Shown piece by piece: positions 1-16,226 of a stretch of 64,000 nucleotides of DNA (the stretch's first letter is position 1; every line of letters begins with the position of its first letter). Under the pieces are notes generated by a model, which was not told the origin of the DNA, made no database searches, and worked only from the letters and a program-made list of their open reading frames with translations. This stretch comes from Eledone cirrhosa (Eukaryota). Where the stretch lies: the NCBI GenBank assembly GCA_964016885.1, contig OZ024753.1, positions 7,192,001 through 7,256,000 of the forward strand, given 5' to 3'. The translations under genes and the position numbers were made by a program.

Positions 1-169
1 ATATATAAAGATAAAACTATATCCATCACGGGTAAACAATACGCTCTCTCTTCGACAGATTTGATTTGGCTCTTTATTTAACCTCATACTTGAGCACGAT
101 AAAAATATTTACGACCATCACTGACGGTGCGAATACACAGATAGATATGTGTGTTTGTTTGAATATAAC

Positions 170-170
<1 letters not shown>

Positions 171-257
<87 letters not shown>

Positions 258-312
258 GATGTGTATATGTATATATATATATTTATATTTGTACGTATAT
301 ATATATATAATG

Positions 313-347
<35 letters not shown>

Positions 348-373
348 CATATATATATGAGTGTGTGTGTGTG

Positions 374-435
<62 letters not shown>

Positions 436-524
436 GGCGGGTGTATCCGTATGAGTATGGGTATACGCCTGTGCGTTTGTAAGTATTTCTGTATATATAA
501 TACATTGTTTGCTTGTTTATGTGC

Positions 525-598
<74 letters not shown>

Positions 599-726
599 AT
601 ATATATATACATATATACATATATACATATATATACATATATATATACATATATACATATATATATACACACATATATATACATACATATATATACATAT
701 ATACATATATATACACACATATATAT

Positions 727-790
<64 letters not shown>

Positions 791-815
791 TAATATACAT
801 ATATATATATATAGA
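171..815. repeat. Compound (TA)n/(TG)n/(TACA)n microsatellite block
   Basis: Directly visible; source of the spurious YI/CV ORFs. Confidence 0.97.
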
Positions 816-1239
816 TATATTTGTATCAAAAAGACATGGTGGTGGTGGGGGGGGGGGGGCACTTGATTTCCACAAAGTCGGGAACTGCAAAGGCGCAGTT
901 ATCTAGAACACATTTTACGAATAAGCTTTGAAGTTTAAACAATATAAGCGATGATATATATTGGATGAAGGAACCGAATCAAAGAAAATGGACAGCTTTA
1001 TCTGATATTTGGATATTAAAGAAATGGATATTGAACAAAAGAAAATCTGGTGGAATAGAAACGGAGATATTGTATGGTATGCTTGGCTGAGAGGATTCTG
1101 AGCTGAACCATATTTAAGCGCACAGCTAATAAAAAGGATACAGAGCACTTGAAAGAAGAGTAAAAATGGTTATAAATATATGCATGCACACAAGAACCTG
1201 CACAAGACCGCGTGCACACGATGTAGTCTCATGTACATG

Positions 1240-1270
<31 letters not shown>

Positions 1271-1324
1271 GTATGTAGGTGTATATATATATATGTAGGT
1301 ATATATATATATATATGTATATGT

Positions 1325-1460
<136 letters not shown>

Positions 1461-1541
1461 ATATATACATGTGTGCGTAAATGTTGTTTGCGTTTATGGA
1501 TATATGGAAGCAGCTTTTCTTTTGAATATATAAGTACACAT

Positions 1542-1598
<57 letters not shown>

Positions 1599-2934
1599 CT
1601 CTCCCCCTCTCTCTCACCCTCTCGCTCCCCCCCTCTCTCTCTCTTTGTGTGTAGGTGGGTGTCTTTAAATACTTATTGGTATTAAAACGCGAGAGAACAC
1701 TTCTCAATACATATTTTAGGCTTCATAAATAAGCATAAAGTATTGCATTTGCACCTGTGTTCAGATTTCACACACACACACACACACACACACAGGTAAA
1801 ACATATTATAGTCTACTCATGGATGTTTGGCTTGTATCACTACTCCACACTGGTACAAATCTCCCTAAACTTGTATAAAAGTTTACGTTGCTTTTAGATT
1901 TTGTTTTATTTAGTTATTTACTCACTTTTAACACACATACGTACAACGTTTAGATATACCTGTATGTTTCATCACCTCACATCGATGTTCATTTATGTCT
2001 CTATTCTCACCCTATATATTTTGTTATCTAAATGAAGCCTCATTTGTCCCCCTCACTGCCAACAATAATGTTGCGAACATATCTAAATTAATAATTGTTT
2101 CTACTTTAGGCACAAGGCCAGCAAATTACCCAGCATATCTAAATTAATAATAATAGGGGAAAACATATGACTCATTGAAAATTTTCCCGCTGTAGGTCGA
2201 CTAAATAATGAAAAGAAATTGAAATTGTAGTGAAAGGACAAAAGAACGACTTAAAATAATAAATTTGGGAATTTTCCAGGCTAAATGTTCACAAATACGT
2301 TTGTGGGTTTCTTAAGTTATTTGACCACTGAACTAAATTGATATACTTTAAACCTATACACTAATTGGTTCTCTGCCTTGAAAACTATTACTAAACGGCA
2401 ACTTAGGAAGTTGTCATAGATAAATTGTGAACGATGTTGCCAATAGGTCAAGAAAAGTATATATATTTCTCTATCTCTTAGCTTTCCTTTGACCACTTTT
2501 ATTTTCTTGTCGGTTTTCTCTTCATGTTTTCACTTTCATTTTATAGAAACATGCTAGGAATTCAAACTTTGTAGTAAATTATGTTTCTGTCATTGATGGA
2601 AATTAAGGCAAGCTTGTTTGGTGGCAATTCCAATAGATTATATTGAAGCAGGAGCTGAAGTTCATTAGTTAACTCTCCATCAATCTTTCAGTACAGTACA
2701 TCAGTAACTGATTAATCGATGCGAAATTATATGAAATCGCATCGGCTACAATCAGTGTCAGCTTCAAGCGGATAACATTTTCAACTCATAAGGATACACA
2801 ATGTTGTTCTTGTATGTGTTAATGTTCGAAAATCAAGTTCTTAGGTCTTATTCAGGAAATATCGGAGTTGCATTACATTCATATGTTGGCACGTACAAAC
2901 ACACGGAACTGTACCATTATATATATACACACAG

Positions 2935-2967
<33 letters not shown>

Positions 2968-2981
2968 TTAATATATATATA

Positions 2982-3171
2982 GGGCGGTGAATTGGCAGTG
3001 TCGGTAGAGGGTTGGACGCCATGCTTTCTAGCATAGTTACATCCCTTTACGATCTGAGTTCAAATCCCGCCGAAGTTAACTTTGCCTTTCATCCTTACGG
3101 GGTCGATAAAATAAAGTACCAGTAATGCACTGGGTAATTGCTGGCCTTGTGCCTAAAGTAGAAACAATTAA
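2982..3171 (+). mobile_element. Full-length tRNA-derived SINE with Meta/MESC-like central domain
   Basis: A-box-like TGGCAGTGTCGGTAGAG and B-box-like GAGTTCAAATCCC; body GCCTTTCATCCTTACGGGGTCGATAAAATAAAGTACCAG; tail GGCCTTGTGCCTAAAGTAGAAACAATTA; about 30 copies or fragments in the window. Confidence 0.9.
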
Positions 3172-3305
3172 TATATATATATCCTACTTGCTTCTGGTTA
3201 TATAACGCGAAGGTCATTTATTAGTGATCTTCCCTGTTTTCTAACCGCCCATATAATATAGACACAAACGCACACACTCAAACACACACACATACCCCCC
3301 CTCTC

Positions 3306-3367
<62 letters not shown>

Positions 3368-3435
3368 CATAACTTATGTATTTGCTAGCATTAGCGTACA
3401 TCTGTACGCATATGTTAGTAGATATACTAAATTCA

Positions 3436-3586
<151 letters not shown>

Positions 3587-3896
3587 GGGTTTAGGCTGAA
3601 AAGAACTGGACTGTATGGTGATTTTCGACCAGATCGGTTCAAAATTCACCTTGCAGGGATTTTAACTTAAAAACAATTGAACCTAATAACAAATATTTTG
3701 AAGATGCAAAACTGAAAATTCTGTCTTTGCTTAAATCAATTTTCTATTCGTGTTAAAAAGATCCGTTTAAAATATATAACAGCTGCGTTTTGTTTTTAAA
3801 CACTTTTTAAATCATATAACGTGGTCTGTATAGAAGCTTTTCTGAAGTCCACACATTTTGCTTCACTCTCTTTATCTATATGTATATCAACAGTAC

Positions 3897-4105
3897 ATCG
3901 ATTTTCGTCAAATCGAACTGAGGAGACAATGTTTCTGTTGCTCTTTCCAATTGCTAATACTATATATCGGCCGCAACTCCAGGTAGAAGGAGCAACATGA
4001 AATAAAGTGTCTTGCTCAAGGACATATCGGATCGCCTGGTCCAAGAATCGAACTAACAACCTCACGATTGCTAATACTGATCTCAATCCACTAAGCCGCG
4101 CACCT
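3897..4105 (-). mobile_element. tRNA-derived CORE-type SINE
   Basis: Minus strand reads as a tRNA-like head followed by GTCCTTGAGCAAGACACTTTATTTCA (CORE-like); same family as 25345-25548. Confidence 0.85.
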
Positions 4106-4140
4106 CCTAAATAATGATTGTCAGATATAATAATGTTCTG

Positions 4141-4144
4141 AATG

Positions 4145-4208
<64 letters not shown>

Positions 4209-4270
4209 CATGAGTGCACATGTGCATACTTACATTTATATATCAGCTCTGCTAGGCCGAGAAATAAAAT

Positions 4271-4364
<94 letters not shown>

Positions 4365-4534
4365 CATACATATATATATATACACACATACATATATATA
4401 TATATATATACACATACATATATATATACATTACATATATATATATATATATACACATACATATATATATATATATATACACACATACATATATATATAT
4501 ATATACACATACATATATATATATATATACACAT

Positions 4535-4579
<45 letters not shown>

Positions 4580-4594
4580 CATATATATATATAT

Positions 4595-4645
<51 letters not shown>

Positions 4646-4705
4646 TATACATATATATATACATATATATATATATATACTATATATACATATATATACA
4701 TATAC

Positions 4706-4764
<59 letters not shown>

Positions 4765-4877
4765 CATGTATATACATATATATATATACATATATATACA
4801 TATATATATACATATATATATACATATATTAACATACATACATATATATATATATATACATACATATATACATATAT

Positions 4878-4914
<37 letters not shown>

Positions 4915-5275
4915 CATACATATATATATACATATATATATATATACATACATATATATACATATATATATATATACATACATACATATATATACACATA
5001 CATATATATACATATATATATATATATATACATACATATATATATATACATATATATATATGCATATATATATATACATACATATATATATATATACATA
5101 CATATATACATACATATATATATATACATACATACATATATACATACATATATATATATATACATACATACATATATACATACATATATATATATATACA
5201 TACATATATACATACATATATATATATATATACATACATACATATATACATACATATATATATATACATACATAT

Positions 5276-5372
<97 letters not shown>

Positions 5373-5487
5373 TATATACATACATACATACATACATACA
5401 CATACATATATATATATACATACATATATACATACATATATACATACATATATACATATATATATATACATACATATATATATATAT

Positions 5488-5552
<65 letters not shown>

Positions 5553-5599
5553 CATACATACATATATATATATATACATACATACATATATATACATAC

Positions 5600-5630
<31 letters not shown>

Positions 5631-5699
5631 CATATATATATATATATATTTACATGTATATATATATACATATATATATATACACACATATGTATATAC

Positions 5700-5730
<31 letters not shown>

Positions 5731-5827
5731 CACACATATGTATATACATATATATATATACATATATTTATAATAACACATATATATACACATATATATA
5801 TATATATATACACACATATATATAAAT

Positions 5828-5858
<31 letters not shown>

Positions 5859-5915
5859 CATACATATACATATATATACACACATATATATATACATACA
5901 TATAAATATACATAC

Positions 5916-5975
<60 letters not shown>
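4141..5975. repeat. About 1.8 kb (TA)n/(TACA)n microsatellite tract
   Basis: Directly visible. Confidence 0.97.
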
Positions 5976-5976
<1 letters not shown>

Positions 5977-6390
5977 ACCGTAAATTATTCGAACACGTCA
6001 TTTCGACACGACGACGTACTCCTGTGCGCTTGTATAGCTATACACAATAAGAGTTGAACTTAAATTCCACCATTGATATGAATCAACTGAGACTAGATAA
6101 TTAGCTCACTATTGGAGTGGTGAACTTCAATAGGACAGTCTCAAGTAGAATTAGATTTAATAATTTCGTAAAACAAGATCTTGCTCTAATAATGTACCAA
6201 TTTACCAACATAGCTATTGTGATATGAATATACAACATATAAATTGTATAATCGTATCAAGGAGATATCAGTTTGAATAACACAATAATAGCAGGTTTTT
6301 GAAGATTATAGAATATTGTGAATATGATATTCATGTGGAAAGCACAAGACAATGCAAAGTATATTATCACACACAAACAAACACGAACCC

Positions 6391-6980
<590 letters not shown>

Positions 6981-7112
6981 GTGCGGTAGTCAATGGTGTT
7001 TAGTATGACAAATATATTGGCATTGATGCAAGAATTAAATTCAACTGACTTCAACAATATTGTAACTTCAAGAATAAAGAATCTGTAACAAATATATATC
7101 TCTCTTTCTCTC

Positions 7113-7183
<71 letters not shown>

Positions 7184-7249
7184 ATATATATAATAATTAT
7201 AATGAAATGACAGGAGGCTGGATTTGTGTAAATCCTTGAAAGGTTTATT

Positions 7250-7307
7250 ACACCATGATCATTTCAATGACCGGGTTCCGTATGAATCCGGTGATATCAT
7301 CAGGTAT
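7250..7307 (-). ncRNA. Type I hammerhead ribozyme motif with non-canonical G at the cleavage position
   Basis: Minus strand: AUAC-CUGAUGA-UAUCACCGG(auucauacggaac)CCGGUCAUU-GAAA-UGAUCA-UG-GUGU; helices I and II pair and helix III is palindromic. Confidence 0.65.
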
Positions 7308-7890
7308 TCGAAATATAATACGTGAATGTAATAGGTAAAATCCATGGGGCTGAAAATCGAGACCCGAGGGCGACCGCTATTCTGTTCCTTCAACCACAGC
7401 CGGTCGCCCTATATATATATATATCATGGAATACGGTGACAGCTCATACCTCCGTAGTATAGACCTACTATTAGCAGAAAAGTTAATGTCGGACGAATTG
7501 CTCTACGTCACATCTTCCGGTTCCTTGAATTTGGAGCTTAGTTGTCACAGTAGTCAAATTAGCTTTTCAACCTTTCATATCTCAATAAATATATCACTAA
7601 TCTAAGGCCGTTCAGTGAACAAATCGATAGACGGCTGCTAGTATTCAGCAAAATATTAGATTTAGACACATATTCTATAGAAACTCCGAGTTTTATCTGG
7701 TTGAGTCTGTGTGCAGAGACAAGGGAAAGAAATTTGTAGGAGAACCACATTGTGGATATTTTTTGCTTGTTTCTTGGGGCCTGTTAAATTTTTTTTAATG
7801 GCGACACAATTTCACTGCGCTAGAGTTGCTCCGTGAAACGATCACAGATGTAACACATTTCGAGACTTTAAATAATTATTTAGCTATACC

Positions 7891-8091
7891 CCGGGATTTG
7901 AACTCAGAACGTAAAGGGCTATAATTCTATGCTGCAAAGCATGGTGCCTGGCTCTCACCTGATACTGCCAATCCTCTGCTCTGCATATAATGATTTCTAG
8001 TATAGGCTCAAGGCCAGTTGGGGGAGGGGAAAATCGATTAAATCTACCCCAGTACGTTACTGGTGCTTTATTTTATCGACCCCGTAAGGAT
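7891..8091 (-). mobile_element. Two Meta-type SINE fragments
   Basis: 5' half at 7891-7975 and 3' half at 7988-8091 match the family at 2982. Confidence 0.8.
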
Positions 8092-8092
8092 A

Positions 8093-8439
8093 AGTGGCCC
8101 GCGATGACCGTTTTTTAATTTTTCCCTTGTAGACTTATCTAGAAATCTTTTCGTAACCGTAATACAATTTTCTGTTAGTTGACCTATATTAAAGGGCTTC
8201 ACTGATAGGGTTATGTGTGTTATAATTTCCCAGTTCCATATTATGGAAAGATGTTATGGTTTTGACCTATACTAAAGGGCTTCACTGATAGGGTTATGTG
8301 TGTTATAATTTCCCAGTTCCATATTAGGGAAAGAAGTTGTGGTGAATCTTTGTAATAGTGCTTAATAAATATTAATGGCCCTAATAGTTGTTCCAATGTT
8401 CAAAAGTCGCCCGCCAATGGAATATGTTTCACACCCCTG
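8093..8439 (-). mobile_element. Non-autonomous hAT-like element with 2 copies of an 83-bp internal repeat
   Basis: Reverse-complement homolog of 34248-35220; ends in TTTCACACCCCTG followed by TTCTAAAA (hAT/Charlie-type end and target). Confidence 0.65.
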
Positions 8440-9060
8440 TTCTAAAACATATTGAATGTTTTTATGTAAACCAACAAAGATGTTTCCATGTGGTTGTTCG
8501 GCCTACTAGAAACACCAGCCAAATAATTTTTAAATCTGATTATATACTGCCAACCGTCGAATAAAATGCTTTACCTTATTCGTTCCGGCTCTCTGCTCTC
8601 GAGTGAAAAGTATCTTAGAATGGTATAACTCCACAATAACCCACATCACTGCCCTCAAAACCAGCAAAAAGCCGCACTATTTCATATATAAACGAGATAT
8701 TAGGAAATGTAACAAATAAAAAGTCGAGGGAAAAATAGTGTAATGAAAGGTAACAAAGTTAATATTGCAATAAAATGTTGTAAAATTCTCAAATAGGCGG
8801 TATGCCGTAAAGTAAATTTGATCAGCAGTAAATAAAACGAGCGATAACAATCAACGACAACGGAAATGTCTACCCGAAATAAAAGGCTTCTTTTCGGCCA
8901 TAAATCGAAGAAGCAATAATTTTCACATCTGATTAAACCGTTCCGCCCATTTTACAAAGCATTATCATTTGGCAGCTCACACACACACACACATACACAC
9001 ATACAACTACACAACACAAACACACACATATATATGTATATGTATGTATATAAATACATA

Positions 9061-9104
<44 letters not shown>

Positions 9105-9151
9105 CATATATATACAGATATACATATATATATGAAATCACACACACACAG

Positions 9152-9186
<35 letters not shown>

Positions 9187-9262
9187 GATATAGATATATA
9201 TATATATAGAGAGAGAGAGAGCGAAATATAAATATATATATATATTGTATATATACACGTAC

Positions 9263-9347
<85 letters not shown>

Positions 9348-9666
9348 ACATTGTGTGTATATAGCTGTGTATATATACATTGTCGATGTTTATAGAAATT
9401 AAGGTTACATCAAACGTTAAAGATTAAGGTTCGATCACTTCGATGTTTGATGTGGCTTCTGTCATTAATGTCGTTGCTGTTGTGGTTGTTGTTGTTGTTA
9501 TTATTGTAGCGATTGTTGTTGTTGTTGTTGTTGTTGTGGTCCTTCTTACTGTCAGAATTGCTTCTGCTGCTCTTAGTTTTATAGTTTATTACATACACAC
9601 ACACACACACACACATACATATATATATATGTATGTGTGTGTGTGTATGTGTGTGTATATATACAT

Positions 9667-9712
<46 letters not shown>

Positions 9713-9728
9713 TTGTGTATATATACAT

Positions 9729-9761
<33 letters not shown>

Positions 9762-9762
9762 C

Positions 9763-9833
<71 letters not shown>

Positions 9834-10048
9834 AATATATATATATATATGTGTATATATATATATATACACAAATATATATATATACATATACATATAA
9901 ATATATATATATATACATATACATATATATATATATATTTACACATATATATATATACATATACATATACATATATATATATACACATATACATATACAT
10001 ATATTTATATACACATATATATATATACATATACATATATACACATAC

Positions 10049-10091
<43 letters not shown>

Positions 10092-10143
10092 TATATATAC
10101 ATGTGTATCTATCTAAATATATATATATATATATATATATAAA

Positions 10144-10183
<40 letters not shown>

Positions 10184-10216
10184 CAAGTACATATATATAT
10201 ATATATATACAAGTAC

Positions 10217-10259
<43 letters not shown>

Positions 10260-10296
10260 ATGTATATATACATATATATACATATATATATACATA

Positions 10297-10393
10297 CAGG
10301 ATGTCCCCAAAAAGTGTATACACACTCTTGTTAACAGTCCAGGCAATGTTTATTAGAATGCAGTAGAAATACATACACAATGTTTTAGTACAT

Positions 10394-10397
<4 letters not shown>
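10297..10397. mobile_element. Tc1/mariner-type MITE of about 100 bp
   Basis: Imperfect TIRs TA-CAGGATGTCCCCAAAA and TTTTAGTACATCCTA-TA flanked by TA. Confidence 0.55.
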
Positions 10398-10458
<61 letters not shown>

Positions 10459-10460
<2 letters not shown>

Positions 10461-10677
10461 CAAAGGAATTGTGCTAAGGAACCAGATGGACCATAACGCA
10501 CCAGAGTACTCAATACATAGGGTAGTAGAGTGGGAAATAGGAAAAAGTATGACCCCGACGGCAGAGCTTAAGCCGTTTCGACTGCTATTTCTGGACTAAA
10601 TTAGAATTTAGTCTAATTTAATCGAGAAATAGCCGTCGAAACGGCTTAAGTTCTGCCGTCGGGGTCATACTTTTTCC

Positions 10678-10681
<4 letters not shown>
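10459..10681 (-). mobile_element. HHR-half element family A with fold-back (56-bp arms 10537-10592 and 10625-10680)
   Basis: GTC-GAAA-CGGC-loop-GCCG-TC-GGGGTC (HHR 3' half) plus tail CCACTCTACTACCC..GTATTGAGTAC..GGTTCCTTA; six copies in the window. Confidence 0.75.
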
Positions 10682-10716
<35 letters not shown>

Positions 10717-10971
10717 ATGTGTGGGTGGGATTCTGTAGGCGTGCGTGTGTCCGTGTCTGTGTGCGTGAGTGTGTGGTGTGTGTGTGTTTGCGCGTGTGTG
10801 TGTGTGTCCAGGCTCAATCATATAAATACATAAGCGCGTAAATGTGACACACGTCATTAAATTGATTATATATCGTCCTTTTTTTATCGGTTTTCTTCCC
10901 GCCTTCGCAGTTACGCCTTCACATTAATGGTGGACCAATCATGAAATAACTGTCTCACAAACAATTGTCAC

Positions 10972-11046
<75 letters not shown>

Positions 11047-11490
11047 GTATGTATATATATATATATATATGTATGTATATATATATATATGTAAATATAT
11101 ATATATATATATGTATATCTATATATATGTATGTATATATATATATATATATGTATGTATATATATATATATATATGTATGTATATATATATATATATAT
11201 GTATGTAAATATATATATATATATGTATGTAAATATATATATATATATATATATATTAATATGATATCCCCGAAATATATATATAATGAAATATATATAT
11301 ATATATATATGTAAATATATATATATATATCTATATATATATATATATATATATATATGTAAATATATATATATATATATGTAAATATATATATATATAT
11401 GTATCTATATATATATATATGTATGTATATATATATTTATATATGTATGTAAATATATCTATATATATCTATATATATATATGTATGTAT

Positions 11491-11531
<41 letters not shown>

Positions 11532-11587
11532 TACATATATGTATATATATATACATATATGTATGTATATATATATATACATATATG

Positions 11588-11740
<153 letters not shown>

Positions 11741-11747
11741 GTATGTA

Positions 11748-11784
<37 letters not shown>

Positions 11785-12000
11785 CAAATATGTTAGATTT
11801 TTGTGCTTCTCAATAAACCAGCTCAATAGACTTTATCCAGAGCAATAATAATTCAAATATACAGGATATATATATATATATATATATATACAGTATTTTC
11901 CGTTGTGTTGTAATATAAATATTACACACAGTAGATTATCAGCTCACGTAGAGTTTGCTCGACGGTTCCAGTTGTAGTTCCAAAAGTAATCCGGAGAAAA

Positions 12001-12545
<545 letters not shown>

Positions 12546-12849
12546 AGTTACGATATATCAGAGAGAATACTCAATATATCGTATATATACAAAGTACATA
12601 TTTTAAAGAGAAATATGTACTCTAGATGGAGTCAGTAGAGTTCTCGATAGCGCTATTTCGTGTTCCGTAGACTGCAATTTAAAATCAATCTCTGTAATCG
12701 AATATCGATCATAAACTCGATTATTCTTAGAATGCGAAGACCAAACCCTTGAGGAGTGTCGGGAGTCTCCTGTGGTTTAATTATAATCGGTAGTTTGTGA
12801 TCGATAAACGATTTGCTTACCGAGTGAGGTGGAACTCGTCAATCACACC

Positions 12850-13012
12850 AAAGAAACAATATTTTTCTAATTGCTATTATCTGCTCATCGTAACTCCTGA
12901 CAGAAAGAGCAACGTGAAATAAAGTGTCTTGCTCAAGGACCTAACGCATCACCGGGTCCGGGCATCTAACTAACAATCTAATACTAATTACAATCCTCTA
13001 AGCCACGCACTT
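12850..13012 (-). mobile_element. Degenerate CORE-type SINE
   Basis: GCAACGTGAAATAAAGTGTCTTGCTCAAGGAC. Confidence 0.8.
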
Positions 13013-13600
13013 TCTGAATCTGATATAAATACACAAAAAAAGTTGCGTATCTCTGAAAAGCCGGCCTTAACAAGTACTTAGAGCAACAGCTGAACAGTGT
13101 TGTCTTAGATGACGCTTCTTATTACTTTCGATCACATTTGAGACTATTCTGTCTGATGAAGGATAGCCTGGGGTTAAACATCAACAAGAAGAACAACAAC
13201 TGGAGTAACATTAGAAACCTAAAACCAATTTTTGTATCAACAGGTGAGAAATGTAATCAAAACTAAGAGAAATTATTTCCACAACACTGAACAAAATTAA
13301 AGAACTTCAAAGGAAGTCGAATTAATGTGCATATGAATAATATTAAGGTAAAATAATTACCTATAGAAAAGAAATCTTCATTCAAAAAGCTTTACTTTGG
13401 AACATCTTATTATAAATATTATAATTTATTTTATTAACGTCCATGAAAACCTACATTATATAGTAAGTGTCATCTTTTCTCTTTTATGTTAATCTATGTA
13501 TGTAGTTATATGACTTTCGGAATATAACAACATACCCCATTTTATTATCAATGTCGTTATTGATGTTGTTAATATTATTATTATTATTATTATTATTATT

Positions 13601-13878
13601 ACTAGTAGTAGTACCCGACGTTGTCCGGGGAGTAAAGATGAGTCACTCGCTGGATAATATGCTTGTAAAAAAATAATTGCAGCTCTGCATAAATATGTTT
13701 GTCCCTTTTTATATGTATTTTTGGATGTATTTGTTGAAGTGACACACCTCTAGTGTGTCATGAAGCTGATACTTCAAACATTCAGGAGGCTCCTCACCAC
13801 AACCCCCATCCCCACCCCACCCCCTCCACACACACATCACTGACTCATTACCGTTAACCCTAGATTATATATATATAT
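13601..13878 (+). mobile_element. Possible non-autonomous Helitron/Helentron-associated element
   Basis: Starts ACTAG..ACCCGACGTTGTCCGGG (subterminal hairpin) after (ATT)n and ends in (TA)n; assigned from general resemblance only. Confidence 0.4.
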
Positions 13879-13879
13879 A

Positions 13880-14094
13880 ATAATAATCATTGTTTCTACT
13901 TCTGGCACAAGGCCAGCAATTACTCAGTACATTATTGGTACTTTATTTTATCGACCCCGTAAGGATGAAAGGCAAAGTTAACCTCGGTGGGATTTGGAGT
14001 CAGACCGTAAAGGGAACTCAAATCACACCGAGGTTAACTTTGCCTGTTATCCTTACGGGGACGATAAAAATAAAGTACCAGTAATGTACTAGTA

Positions 14095-14169
<75 letters not shown>

Positions 14170-15154
14170 TGTTTCTACTTTAGGCACAAGGCCAGCAATT
14201 TCCAGTTCATTACTGGTACTTTATTTTATCGACCCCGTAAGGATGAAAGGCAAAGTTAACCCCGACGGGATTTGAACTCAGGTCGTAAAGGGACGTAACT
14301 ATGCTGGAAAGCATGGCGGCCGGAATAATAATAATAATTGTTTCTACTTTTTGGCTCAAGGCCAGCAATTATTCCAGTACATTACTGGTAATAATAATAA
14401 TCTGTTTGTTGATAGATATGAGCATCCCATGTGATCACAATATCGCGGCAAAAGAGTTTGACAAGCTACGAAAATATAAAGATCTGCTTCTTGAAATTGA
14501 GAAAATGTGGCACCTCAAGGCCGTTACAATACCAGTGATTGAGGGAGGACTTGGAATGATCAAGAAAGGAACAGAACAATATTTGCGAATGATTCCTGGT
14601 TTACCCTCTCTGCACGAGGTGCAAAAAATTGTTTTGACTGGTACTGCACACATATTGTGAAGAGCACTATCTCTGTAAGATTGATATCCCTCCTTGTATT
14701 TACATATGCATATGCACATGTGTATATATGTATACTGGCGGGTTTTAGCTTTTTTTTCTTAATTATAATCAATGTGCTGTATTAACTGGCTTACCGATGC
14801 ACACTGTGAATTTATTTGCCCTAGGTGTCGAGAAGACACTCGGCATATATCTCAGAAACAATAATGAAATAAAATATAAACAATAATAATAATAATTGTT
14901 TTTACTTTAGACACAAGGTCAGCTATTACCCAGTACATTACTGGTACTTTATTTTATCGACCCCGTAAGGATGAAAGGCAAAGTTAACAATAATAATAAT
15001 AATTGTTTCTACTTTAGGCACAAGGCCAGCAATTACCCAGTGCATTACTGGTACTTTATTTTATCGACCCCGTAAGGATGAAAGGCAAAGTCAACCTCGG
15101 TGGGATTTGAACTCAGATCGTAAAGGGACATAACTATGCTGGAAAGCATGGCGT
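13880..15154 (-). mobile_element. Cluster of six Meta-type SINE pieces in (TAA)n, including an inverted piece at 14018-14093 (+)
   Basis: Pieces at about 13880-14017, 14018-14093, 14165-14325, 14335-14390, 14890-14988 and 14998-15154. Confidence 0.88.
14398..14885 (+). mobile_element. 3' end of an R4/Dong-like non-LTR retrotransposon (restriction-like endonuclease C-terminus plus 3' UTR)
   Basis: CLLIDMSIPCDHNIAAKEFDKLRKYKDL..PVIEGGLG..VQKIVLTGTAHIL*RAL; premature stop at 14658; flanked by (TAA)n. Confidence 0.85.
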
Positions 15155-15165
15155 ACAATACAATA

Positions 15166-15525
15166 CAAGGACGATTTGTTAAGACTTCATTACGTTTATT
15201 GATTGCTGACGCACGTTTCGCTATCGATCAGCTCAAGGTTCGATCTGTATCGATCTAGCACGACTCTGTCATTAAAACAGCAGAGGTCCGACGAGCATTT
15301 GATTCCAGAATCCTGCCATATCGATACAGATCGAACCTTGAGCTGATGAATAGCGAAACGCGCGACACCAATCAATAAACGTAATGAAGGCTTAAAAAAA
15401 ATCGTCTTTGTTATATTATTATATTTACACTCTGTCTAGCTCTACACCTCGTTACAGACGTCAATCTAAACATCGAGTGTTCACTCGGGTGAACCTACAG
15501 TAACTTCATGTTACACTCCCTGGAT
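15166..15525 (+). mobile_element. HHR element family C with 5' inversion (arms about 15166-15254 and 15320-15410)
   Basis: GGU-CCGACGA-long helix II-GAAA-CGCGCG-AC-ACC at 15285-15369 (U16.1 mutated); homologous to 47701-47958. Confidence 0.75.
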
Positions 15526-15542
15526 ATATGTGTATATATATA

Positions 15543-15667
<125 letters not shown>

Positions 15668-15749
15668 TAGATACGCCGTATGACGGTACCTCTACGACAC
15701 CACAAGGAGTTATAAGATCTTTATCCTTTATATATATATATATATATAT

Positions 15750-15968
15750 ATATTAATAAAAGGAATTCCAACTTTGTCTGATTTACTCGTTTTATTTACA
15801 ATCCTTTAAATTTATAATGGTATTAGAATGAAATAGTATGGTAGAATATTAAATGTTAAGTGTTAAATATTCTACCATACTATTTCATTCTAATACCATT
15901 ATAATTTTTAAAGGATTGTAAATAAAACGAGTAAATCAGACAAAGTTGGAATTCCTTTTTTTAATATA
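15750..15968. repeat. Near-perfect palindrome with about 100-bp arms and a 15-nt spacer
   Basis: 15750-15850 is the reverse complement of 15866-15968 with few mismatches. Confidence 0.92.
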
Positions 15969-16006
15969 ATCTTCTTTAAACAATCATACACACCCGTGTA
16001 TATTTA

Positions 16007-16051
<45 letters not shown>

Positions 16052-16053
<2 letters not shown>

Positions 16054-16107
16054 ATGATTTCTAAAGAATGAAACAGTTCTAGTCCTGTAGAATCTCATCT
16101 ATATTAA

Positions 16108-16112
<5 letters not shown>
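16052..16112 (+). ncRNA. 5'-truncated inverted copy of the HHR at 16227 (family D)
   Basis: TGATGATTTCTAAAGAATGAAACAGTTCTAGTCCTGTAGAATCT; C3 and the 5' strand of helix I are lost to (TA)n. Confidence 0.7.
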
Positions 16113-16143
<31 letters not shown>

Positions 16144-16226
16144 CGTTATTCCGGGTTGAATCGGAGGTAGCCACAGTAAGTAAGGTACTCAATACATTGC
16201 AGAGTATAAAAGTTTTAATATAGATG

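Noticed and set aside
905-1160. Weak RTE-like peptide traces (also at 53800-53900)
   Set aside because: Too degenerate to assign by eye.
2982-3075. tRNA-like A and B boxes in SINE heads
   Set aside because: SINE promoters with no cloverleaf; not tRNA genes.
12696-12813. Imperfect inverted repeat of about 29 bp, possible MITE
   Set aside because: Single copy with no clear TSD; cannot be classified.
13151-13200. CTGATGAAGG suggestive of an HHR
   Set aside because: No GAAA, helix III or helix I; resembles an old SINE tail ending in (CAA)n.
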